From an uncultured bacterium (GTDB lineage Bacteria > Hinthialibacterota > Hinthialibacteria > Hinthialibacterales > Hinthialibacteraceae), in contig CAZFER010000015.1 of the NCBI GenBank assembly GCA_964517495.1, positions 6,698 to 70,697 of the forward strand: a DNA stretch of 64,000 nt, in the 5' to 3' direction. This document shows positions 46,504-54,534 of the stretch, in pieces (the stretch's first letter is position 1; each line of letters starts with the position of its first letter). The notes beneath the pieces were generated by a model. The model was not told the DNA's origin. It did not search any database and was given only the letters and a program-made list of their open reading frames with translations. The position numbers and the translations under genes were made by a program.

Positions 46504-47550
46504 ATGAAGCGGTTTTTGGGAATTCTGATCGTCATCACGTTGTGTGCTTTCTGTTACCAGGCGAGCGCCCAAAATGAACAACGAATTATCAAGCAAATTC
46601 AAAATGGGCAAATGCAAAACGCGTTTGTAACCGTCTCCGGCTATGTCGAACGGTGGGAGGAAGGCAAAGCAGAAAATACCATTGCCTATGTGTTACGCGA
46701 TAATTGGGGAGACAAAATCACGGTTATATCCAATGCTGAACATCCAAAAACAAATGAACGTTATCAGGTTCAAGGCTATGTGGCCTACGAACAAGCCAAT
46801 CAAGAGTATGTGATTATGGAAAACAGCCGACGATCGCTGGCTCCAACACCCGTTCAACCGCCAACCGCCACCCCCACACCATATCGGCCCCCTACCCCGA
46901 CCATGGAACCGGCCCCCGTTTTCCAACCAACACCCACCCCTATCCCCGCACCCGTGGATGATACCACCGGGGGAAGCACGGAAGAGTCAGAAACAACGGA
47001 TTCAAATGGATATCTCATTGTTCTGATCATCGTTATTTTAATCGTTCTTATCTTGTTGATCGCTATCCTGCTTAAAGGAAACAAAGAACAAGGATTAGGT
47101 GATTTCGATTCCACTTCAGTTGTAACCATGTCTGATAAAACCCAGAAAATCACGGCGCATATGCCCACCGAAAAGGCAATCCAAAGTGGGACGGTTAAAG
47201 TAATGCCAGGCTGGTTTGAAGTGATCGGCGGTGTTGAATTAAAGGAAATACGCTTAATGCGCCCCAGTGGAATATCTGAAGATCAGTTGGAATTTACCTT
47301 TGGCCGCAAACCGGGGGATACCATCACCCATATCCAACTCAATGATCCCACTGTTTCCAGCAACCAGGCAAAACTGCAATACAAAGACAACCAATTTATC
47401 CTGATCAATATCCCGGATCCAAATGATCCAGACCGCAACAGCACCTTGCTGAACGGCGAAAAAATGAATGCCAACGAAGAACGTGCGATTCAGGAAGGCG
47501 ATACCATCGAAATGGGTCATGTCAAATTGGTGTTTCATGAAAAAGAATAA
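46504..47550 (+). CDS. Membrane FHA-domain protein with an OB-fold-like ectodomain
   Basis: The order is signal peptide, ~90-aa domain (VTVSGYVERWEE...YVLRDNWGDKITVI...YQVQGYV, BOF/YgiW-like by eye), PT-rich linker, TM (LIVLIIVILIVLILLIAILL) and a C-terminal FHA domain (FTFGRKPGDTITHIQLNDPTVSSNQAKL...NSTLLNGE...GDTIEMGHVKLVF). Confidence 0.8.
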   Translation: MKRFLGILIVITLCAFCYQASAQNEQRIIKQIQNGQMQNAFVTVSGYVERWEEGKAENTIAYVLRDNWGDKITVISNAEHPKTNERYQVQGYVAYEQANQEYVIMENSRRSLAPTPVQPPTATPTPYRPPTPTMEPAPVFQPTPTPIPAPVDDTTGGSTEESETTDSNGYLIVLIIVILIVLILLIAILLKGNKEQGLGDFDSTSVVTMSDKTQKITAHMPTEKAIQSGTVKVMPGWFEVIGGVELKEIRLMRPSGISEDQLEFTFGRKPGDTITHIQLNDPTVSSNQAKLQYKDNQFILINIPDPNDPDRNSTLLNGEKMNANEERAIQEGDTIEMGHVKLVFHEKE

Positions 47551-47561
47551 GCTGAGGGTCT

Positions 47562-48965
47562 ATGAAACTCGATTGCTTTGGCATTACAACAATTGGACGC
47601 CGCGAAGAAAACCAGGACGCCTTTTTTTGGAAGGTTTATGATCAACCCCAAGGATGCTTAAAGGCTGTGGTGGCCGTTTGTGACGGCATGGGCGGCCACC
47701 ACGGCGGCCAAACCGCCAGCCGGTTAGCAATTCAAACTATAGAGCGCTACATTCCTGAGAATCCCCCTGACCAAGAAAGCATCAAATCTTGGATTCATGC
47801 ATTGTGCCAGGCAATCCAAACTACTTTGGATGACGCCACTCGCAATGATCCCTACCTCTCGGAAATGGGAACCACCCTGGTCATGGGCCTGATAACCGAA
47901 GAAGCGATATGGATTGTTAATATCGGTGACAGCCGCGCTTATAAAATCAAAGGGGATCAAGTGGAACAATTAACCCACGATCATTCCGCCATTCAAGAGG
48001 CTTTTGATAAAGGTTACTACACATGGGAAGAAATTCGCCAAAATCCTGTCATGATAACTTTATCATCCGCCTTGACTCGCCATTTAGGTCCCGGTTTTGA
48101 AACCGAACCTGACATTTTTAAATATCAACTTGAGGGCGATGAATGCTTTCTCTTCTGCACCGATGGGCTGACCGGTAATATGATCGATATACCTGTTTCT
48201 CCTTATGAAATTGGTAAATACGTTTACGGCTCCTCCTCGCTTGAAACCGCCGCGAACAATCTTCTCAGCCTGGCATATCAAAATGGTTCAAACGATAATA
48301 TTACCGCGGTAATTCTGAAAACCGGTGAAAAACAGGTCACGCATCCACACATTCCGATCGAACCTTCGGTGGATTCTCTTCGAAAGAACGAAAATTACAG
48401 CAACCCATTACCGATCACTCAATGGACACCAAATCGATCCTTACTGATTTCTGCGCTGGTTTTGTTACTGATGGCTCTTTGTGGAGTGACTTACCTGTAT
48501 ATTGAACAATCTTACGCACCATCGAGCCAAAAAAGTGGAGGAAGCAAACCCATCCTAAAAACCACACCGCCTCCCTCGGTTTTTTCTACGCCGACAGTAG
48601 TGGCGAATACTCCCACAATTCCACCATCGATTACTCCTGTTCCACCTGAATTGAATTCTCTTCGCTGGCATAGGGATATGTTTGAGTATAATCAACCTTT
48701 AAGATCAAGCGATGCATTATCCTTTACATACAATCCTCTTCAAATTCAAAAAGAGACGATCACCATCCTGGTCAGCGATTCTCCATCCATGAGTGACAGT
48801 AAAATAATCCCCAACGTCCCCCAATGGATTAAAGACCCCACGGGCAGCATACCCGTTGCCGAGCTTTACATCGAGGATGGCACAAAATACGTTCAATTAA
48901 AAGCAATAAAAAATCAAACAATCATCACAAGCGATGTTTTAAAAGTGGTTGTAAACAACGAGTAA
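47562..48965 (+). CDS. PP2C-family Ser/Thr phosphatase with a C-terminal TM and ectodomain
   Basis: REENQDAF, VCDGMGGHHGG, NIGDSRAY, CTDGL and SNDNITAV. These are followed by a TM (LLISALVLLLMALCGVTYLYI), a PT-rich linker and a ~110-aa C-terminal domain. Confidence 0.85.
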   Translation: MKLDCFGITTIGRREENQDAFFWKVYDQPQGCLKAVVAVCDGMGGHHGGQTASRLAIQTIERYIPENPPDQESIKSWIHALCQAIQTTLDDATRNDPYLSEMGTTLVMGLITEEAIWIVNIGDSRAYKIKGDQVEQLTHDHSAIQEAFDKGYYTWEEIRQNPVMITLSSALTRHLGPGFETEPDIFKYQLEGDECFLFCTDGLTGNMIDIPVSPYEIGKYVYGSSSLETAANNLLSLAYQNGSNDNITAVILKTGEKQVTHPHIPIEPSVDSLRKNENYSNPLPITQWTPNRSLLISALVLLLMALCGVTYLYIEQSYAPSSQKSGGSKPILKTTPPPSVFSTPTVVANTPTIPPSITPVPPELNSLRWHRDMFEYNQPLRSSDALSFTYNPLQIQKETITILVSDSPSMSDSKIIPNVPQWIKDPTGSIPVAELYIEDGTKYVQLKAIKNQTIITSDVLKVVVNNE

Positions 48966-48986
48966 CAACAGGTGCATTAGAATATA

Positions 48987-51770
48987 ATGAATCCGGAGAT
49001 TGGCCTGTATATATTGGGAGTCTTTGTGGTTGCCGCGATGGCGGTGCTCGTGACACTGCTCTACCTGAAAAGTAAAGCTAACCCCACGGCTACCTCATTG
49101 ACTCAATTAGGCCCTTATCGCAATCTTACCCTCCTCTCCGAAAAAGGGGGAATGGCCAAAGTTTATAAGGCGTACAACAGCGAAGCCAACCGCGAGTGTG
49201 TGCTGAAAGTATTGCGTGCCGAACTATTGGGAGACAGCGATGTGGTACGCAAATTTTTACGCGAAGGAGAAACCCTCCAGCAGATCAAACACCAATATCC
49301 TGATGCCCCGGTGGTAAACGTTTATACCACCGGTACGATCTCCACTAACCTGATCGAACTTCCCTTCATCGAACTGGAATATATCCCCGGAAAAACCGAT
49401 TTATCCGATTTCATTGAAATGAACGGCAAATTGGATCCGCGAATAGCGGAAATCATCATCGTACAAATTCTTCGCGCTTTATCTGCCGCCCACTCGATGG
49501 GGACCATTCATCGCGATTTAAAACCGGGCAATGTACTTTTATACAACGGGAATCCCGAAAAAGTCGTCATCTGTGATTTTGGAGTAGCCAAACGCGTCGA
49601 TTCCAAAAGCGTAACCATGGGAGGATTTGGCACGGTTGCCTATATGGCACCGGAACAATGTGACGGACAAGGCAATATTTCCCAATCCACAGATATCTAC
49701 GCCCTGGCAGTGCTTTGGTATGAATTACTTACCGGACAACGTCTTTTTGACGATGAAAATCCGTTTATCTTGATGCAAAAACACCGTGAAAATGATCCGG
49801 AACCCTTGATCCGTAACAACATCCCTGAAAATTGCCAAAACATCATGCTGCACATGCTCGCCAAGAATCCGGCCAACCGACCATCAGTCGAGCAAATCAT
49901 GGCGAGTTTATCCAACCAGGCTTTGCAAGTTCCGGGCTACCAAACATTTGATGTTAAAACAGAAACACGCCGCTATGGTTTCCCCGCTGTGGGAAGCTTA
50001 AGCCGCCGCAACTCACTAATTGCGACTTTGTCCGTTCTGCTTTTTTTACTACTTTGCATCCTGGTGTGGGAAGTGCAATTCCCCGAGCATTCATTCTTGC
50101 GTCCTCAAATCTCTGAATCACCCACCCCAACCGCCAGACCTCCCTCGAATCAGCTCGCCTTTCAACAGAAAGTCAATGAAGGTGAACAGCTGTTTTCCGC
50201 AGGCGACTATAAAAACGCTCAGCAGGCTTTTATTGAAGCATTACAAATCAAGAACGATCCTAATACCAGAGAAAAATTGGCCAAATGCGATGCCATGTTG
50301 TGGCTGACTGAGGGAGAAAGTTTTGAAAAACTAGGTGGGCGCGAAAATTTAATGAAAGCCCAAAATTTTTATAATCAAGCCTATATGCGCTGGAAAGGAC
50401 CACCCGTACTTACCGCCCTGAACCGCATTCAACAACAATTAAACACCATCCCCACTCACACAACATCCCCCTGGGTTACCGCTCCACCTTCCCCAACACG
50501 GGCACCCAAATGGTGGACTCCAAGAGTTTTCCCACCCACACCTACATCCTTTGTCCCTTCTGCCACCTCTGTGCCAATGGCAAAACTTTTCGTCACACCG
50601 AAACCAGACAATGCCCGAGTTCGCATTATCAATATCAAACCGGTATTTGAACAAGGAATGGCGTTGAAACCAGGCCGCTATCACCTCGAACTCAGTGCTC
50701 CCGGCTTTAACACGCATCAAGAATGGATCGATCTACAGGCAGGTGAGGATAAAACCGTTCAAATTTCATTGCAACAAGCAAACCAAACAGAAACACCGTC
50801 AGGCGAGCAACCAACTCCCTCACCGCAACCTCCTGAGCCAACCCCTGTACCTTCAACTCCTACACCGGTACAACCTACACCGGCGCCTGAACAACCAACT
50901 CCCACTCTTGCAAAACCAACGCCTGCGCCGGCTCAACCAACTCCAACCCCGGTCCCTCCCACTTCTGAAGTATCAACACCATCTCCCATACCAACCACAC
51001 CGGCGCCTGCTACCCCTACACCGGTTTTACCGCCACTGCAGCCTGCCGCCCATGAAGCGGGATTTGAAAAAACCATTACCATAAATGTCGATGTAACCAT
51101 GACATTCTGTTATATTCCCGCCGGGGATTTTATTATGGGAAGCCCCCCCGATGAAAAAGGCCGCCGTAAAAACGAGGGACCACCCCATCCCGTGCGTATT
51201 ACTCAGCCGTTTTGGATTTCCAAATACGAAATTACTCAAACTCAATGGACCGCCTTGATGAATAATAATCCTGCTCTACTTTATGGTCCCAACCATCCCA
51301 TTGAGAATGTATCATGGAACGACTGCCAAGCCTTTATTCAGCGGCTCAATCAACTCGGGATCGGAAGGTTTCGTTTACCCACCGAAGCCGAGTGGGAATA
51401 CAGCTGCCGTGCCGGCACCAAAACCCGATTCTATTGGGGGAAAGATCCCAATGAAAAGCAGATCGATCAATATGCCTGGCATAGCACCACTGAAACCCAT
51501 GAAGTTGGACAAAAATCACCCAATCCCTGGGGATTACATGATATGAGCGGCAATGTTTGGGAATTTTGTATGGACAGTTACAGTGTTGATTTTTATGCCA
51601 ACTCCCCGCGAGTCAATCCAGTCAATCAAAACGCATCCAACCCCAACAAAGTGGTCCGCAGCGGCAGTTATTCAAACGCCCCCGATTTTTTACGATCCGC
51701 CACCCGAGGCCTTACCTCTGCCCTGAGCAGCGATTCTTCCACCGGCTTTCGCATTGTCGCTGAATTTTAA
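48987..51770 (+). CDS. Hanks-type Ser/Thr kinase flanked by two TM helices, with a TPR-like / PEGA-like / PT-linker / FGE-sulfatase-like ectodomain
   Basis: N-terminal TM (aa ~5-25). Kinase motifs are GGMAKVYKA, HRDLKPGNVLL, DFGVAK and YMAPEQ. After a second TM (LIATLSVLLFLLLCILVW) comes a PEGA-like block (ARVRIINI...GRYHLELSAPGF). The C-terminal FGE-sulfatase pattern is IPAGDFIMGS, HPVRITQPFWISKYEITQTQW, VSWNDCQAF, RLPTEAEWEY, GLHDMSGNVWEF and GFRIV. Confidence 0.9.
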   Translation: MNPEIGLYILGVFVVAAMAVLVTLLYLKSKANPTATSLTQLGPYRNLTLLSEKGGMAKVYKAYNSEANRECVLKVLRAELLGDSDVVRKFLREGETLQQIKHQYPDAPVVNVYTTGTISTNLIELPFIELEYIPGKTDLSDFIEMNGKLDPRIAEIIIVQILRALSAAHSMGTIHRDLKPGNVLLYNGNPEKVVICDFGVAKRVDSKSVTMGGFGTVAYMAPEQCDGQGNISQSTDIYALAVLWYELLTGQRLFDDENPFILMQKHRENDPEPLIRNNIPENCQNIMLHMLAKNPANRPSVEQIMASLSNQALQVPGYQTFDVKTETRRYGFPAVGSLSRRNSLIATLSVLLFLLLCILVWEVQFPEHSFLRPQISESPTPTARPPSNQLAFQQKVNEGEQLFSAGDYKNAQQAFIEALQIKNDPNTREKLAKCDAMLWLTEGESFEKLGGRENLMKAQNFYNQAYMRWKGPPVLTALNRIQQQLNTIPTHTTSPWVTAPPSPTRAPKWWTPRVFPPTPTSFVPSATSVPMAKLFVTPKPDNARVRIINIKPVFEQGMALKPGRYHLELSAPGFNTHQEWIDLQAGEDKTVQISLQQANQTETPSGEQPTPSPQPPEPTPVPSTPTPVQPTPAPEQPTPTLAKPTPAPAQPTPTPVPPTSEVSTPSPIPTTPAPATPTPVLPPLQPAAHEAGFEKTITINVDVTMTFCYIPAGDFIMGSPPDEKGRRKNEGPPHPVRITQPFWISKYEITQTQWTALMNNNPALLYGPNHPIENVSWNDCQAFIQRLNQLGIGRFRLPTEAEWEYSCRAGTKTRFYWGKDPNEKQIDQYAWHSTTETHEVGQKSPNPWGLHDMSGNVWEFCMDSYSVDFYANSPRVNPVNQNASNPNKVVRSGSYSNAPDFLRSATRGLTSALSSDSSTGFRIVAEF
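50808..51047 (+). repeat. Pro/Thr-rich low-complexity linker with imperfect QPTP(A/T)P repeats (inside the kinase CDS)
   Basis: QPTPSPQPPEPTPVPSTPTPVQPTPAPEQPTPTLAKPTPAPAQPTPTPVPP...TPAPATPTPVLPP. Confidence 0.8.
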
Positions 51771-51857
51771 ACACTGGCCAGAAGGAATTGATCCTTCACC
51801 CCCCAAACTCTACAATTCCATTGTACTTGAATATAAAGACTATCCTTGAAAGATAAC

Positions 51858-53132
51858 ATGACATATAGAAAAATCACTTTACTGTTACTGACGTTCTTTT
51901 CATGCACTCTGCTTTGCTTCGCCCAAAATACAGGACGCCCTCCCTGGTGGAATGATGACTGGCATTTTCGCCTGCCAGTCATGGTTCAATCCGGTCCCCA
52001 ACCACGTCAAAATGCGGTAGCGGAATACACATTGAATTTCAACGAGCTCTTCAGCCAAATAGGCGAAATCGGCAGTGCCGTGGATGCCAATTCCATCCGC
52101 GTGGTGGAAGTTAAACGTTCAGGTAAAATCATCAATGAACAACCCTCTCAATTTGATCCGGATGAGGATTTCGATCCCTTGCGACGCGCCAGAGGAAAAT
52201 TAAGCTGGCTATTGGGTGAGTTTCCCGCCAAAACCGCCCGCTTCTTCCATATCTATTTCCACACAAATCTGTATGGCTTCAAAACCAAACCGGCATTTAA
52301 TCATTTAGTCGTACTGGAATCGTCTAACAATGATTTCATGAATGCAAAAACCCCTTTCGGCTGGTTTACGTTTGAAACAAACGGAGGAGTCTTCACTGTT
52401 TTTGCTTCATCCAAGGTTGAAGATAATAAAGAGGGAGATTGGATCAAATCCACCGAAAGCCATCCCCAAGGCCTACCCATCGTACAATCACCTGACTTTA
52501 GCCCTATCTTTCATCCCTTTCACCAATCGTTGAAGAACACAGCCGGACAATGGAACGTCCAAAGCGAAATCATCGCCAATGGACCATTAAAAATTGCCAT
52601 TCGCTCATCCCACACCATTGCCAGTGGAACCTCTCAAGGCGAGTGGGAAATGCTCACCGAATTTCTACCTTCAACGATCCGCTCCACCATCTTAAAAGGG
52701 AACAAAAACGGATTCGCCCTGACAACAAATATCACCCCAGGTGGCAATAAAATCGATGAGAACGATAGGCTTTGTGCCGCATCATCTGATTTCCCCAAAC
52801 GAACAGGATTCAAAACTCAAACCGAGGACCAATCACCCGAATGGACTTATGTTATAGATGAGAAACGGGATAACACCTTTTACGCCATCCACACCCATGA
52901 TGATTCAATGAAAGACATGGTGGCTGAATCCCCCCAACATCAATCCTGGCAACTCGGCTGGGGACGCGGCGTGGAAGCCAACCGGGTGAATCCAGGCATG
53001 ATAACCTATCCCTCAACGTTTTATTTCGGCTTCTGTGAATATTCAAAACATTCAAAGATAACTCAATTCATCCAATCGCTTCAACAACCATTATCCTATT
53101 TTGCCTTACCCATCGAACAGAAAGATAAATAA
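51858..53132 (+). CDS. Secreted hypothetical protein
   Basis: Signal peptide (MTYRKITLLLLTFFSCTLLCFAQ). The PPWWNDDWHFRLPV motif near the mature N-terminus is reminiscent of DUF2341-type beta-sandwich proteins (weak). Confidence 0.35.
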   Translation: MTYRKITLLLLTFFSCTLLCFAQNTGRPPWWNDDWHFRLPVMVQSGPQPRQNAVAEYTLNFNELFSQIGEIGSAVDANSIRVVEVKRSGKIINEQPSQFDPDEDFDPLRRARGKLSWLLGEFPAKTARFFHIYFHTNLYGFKTKPAFNHLVVLESSNNDFMNAKTPFGWFTFETNGGVFTVFASSKVEDNKEGDWIKSTESHPQGLPIVQSPDFSPIFHPFHQSLKNTAGQWNVQSEIIANGPLKIAIRSSHTIASGTSQGEWEMLTEFLPSTIRSTILKGNKNGFALTTNITPGGNKIDENDRLCAASSDFPKRTGFKTQTEDQSPEWTYVIDEKRDNTFYAIHTHDDSMKDMVAESPQHQSWQLGWGRGVEANRVNPGMITYPSTFYFGFCEYSKHSKITQFIQSLQQPLSYFALPIEQKDK

Positions 53133-53140
53133 CAACAATT

Positions 53141-54238
53141 ATGCCCTATCAACAATTCAACTTAAACAATCTGCTGGTTTACCCTCTGAAAAATCGTAAA
53201 AGTCTTACTCAAATAGAAGACATCGTAGTCGATCCAGACAGCCCTCCACCCGATCCGGGTGAGTATAGCACTCTCATTCAAAAAACAGCCGATAAAATCA
53301 AAATAGCCCGACACCAAGGGGCATCTGTCATACTTGCTTATGGCGCTCATCTTATCCGCAATGGTGCAAGCCCTATTCTAATCCGCATGATGGAAGAAGG
53401 CTGGCTTACCCACCTGGCCACCAATGGGGCAGGAATCATTCACGATTGGGAATACAGTTATCTGGGCCGCTCAACCGAAAGTGTGTGTGAAAACGTCGCC
53501 ACCGGTACCTTCGGCACCTGGGATGAAACCGGCCGTTGCATCAATCTCGCCGCCGCCGCAGGAGCAGCGGAAAACCAGGGTTTGGGGGAGGCCATTGGCC
53601 GCTTCATTTGGCAGGATGGCATTGAGATTCCTGAAAAAGAAAAACTGGTGGATTCGATTAAAAACGATCCCACCAACGAACGAATCCCAGCCCACGCTGA
53701 TTTTCTACAACTCATCCAACGCTTTGATATTCCAAATGGCAAGTATTCAATAAATCATCCGTGGAAGCACTATTCCGTCCCCGCCAATGCTTATCGCTTA
53801 TCCATTCCATTCACCGTGCATCCAGGTATTGGCTACGATATTATTTCCAACCATCCATATTTCTCTCCCGCTGCTTTGGGACGTGGAGCGGGTATAGATT
53901 TCCAACGACTTGCCCATTCGGTAAACAACCTGTCCAACGGTGTCTACCTATCCATCGGCTCCGCCATCATGTCTCCCCAAGTGTTCGAAAAAGCCATGAG
54001 CTGCGCCAACAACGCCCGGTTGCAGCAACACCAGCCAATCATCCACAATCACACTATTGTCGTCGTTGACATCCAGGATGGTGAAGGCTGGGATTGGTCG
54101 CAAGGCGAACCTCCCAAAACCAATCCCGCCTACTACCTGCGCTTCTGCAAAAGCTTCGCCCGCATGGGCGGAGAGATGAACTACCTTTGCCTTGATAACC
54201 GCACCACGATCCATAACCTTTATGCGCTACTAAAATGA
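53141..54238 (+). CDS. Deoxyhypusine-synthase-like (DHS-like NAD-binding fold) family protein, tentative
   Basis: ILAYGAHLIRNGASPILIRMMEEGWLTHLATNGAGIIHDWE resembles the bacterial DHS-family block (...VsTGANl.HD.E). IPFTVHPGIGYDI and VVVDIQDG resemble later DHS blocks. By-eye call only. Confidence 0.35.
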   Translation: MPYQQFNLNNLLVYPLKNRKSLTQIEDIVVDPDSPPPDPGEYSTLIQKTADKIKIARHQGASVILAYGAHLIRNGASPILIRMMEEGWLTHLATNGAGIIHDWEYSYLGRSTESVCENVATGTFGTWDETGRCINLAAAAGAAENQGLGEAIGRFIWQDGIEIPEKEKLVDSIKNDPTNERIPAHADFLQLIQRFDIPNGKYSINHPWKHYSVPANAYRLSIPFTVHPGIGYDIISNHPYFSPAALGRGAGIDFQRLAHSVNNLSNGVYLSIGSAIMSPQVFEKAMSCANNARLQQHQPIIHNHTIVVVDIQDGEGWDWSQGEPPKTNPAYYLRFCKSFARMGGEMNYLCLDNRTTIHNLYALLK

Positions 54239-54240
54239 TG

Positions 54241-54420
54241 GTAAGTGGTCAGCTATTTGAAGCACCATGCCCCTCCAAAGACTGGGAGGGGCATGGGCAA
54301 TGTTATTAAGTTAAGATCAAATTGGATCGTTGAATAGGGAGGGGAGGGTTGATAAAAAACGTGGAGTAAAATCTTTTCCCCCCCTCCTCCTAACCTCCCC
54401 CATTTCATTGGGGGAGGAAT
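54241..54420 (+). repeat. Copy C of the two-hairpin intergenic repeat (carries a ~45-nt internal insertion)
   Basis: gtaagtggtcagctatttgaagcaccatgcccctccaaagactgggaggggcatg...gggaggggagggttgataaaaaacgtggagtaaaatctttt...ctcctaacctcccccatttcattgggggagg. It starts 3 nt after the stop of the 53141-54238 gene. Confidence 0.75.
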
Positions 54421-54534
54421 AGTGGGATGATTTTAGTTTTAACTCAATTTCATCTTATGGTTGACACGTTTTAAATTATGATTCTTTTCACCCATAAAAT
54501 ATATTTGTAGTATTCAACAACGTATTTACTACAT

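Noticed and set aside
51065-51770. Possible diversity-generating retroelement target, since FGE-sulfatase/C-type-lectin-fold C-termini on kinases are known DGR variable regions
   Set aside because: There is no reverse transcriptase gene and no template-repeat copy of the 3' ~120 nt anywhere in the window. The last codons show no excess of AAY codons.
44474-54238. T6SS threonine-phosphorylation pathway (Fha1/PppA/PpkA/TagQRST-like) interpretation
   Set aside because: No T6SS core genes (TssA-M, Hcp, VgrG, ClpV) occur in the window.
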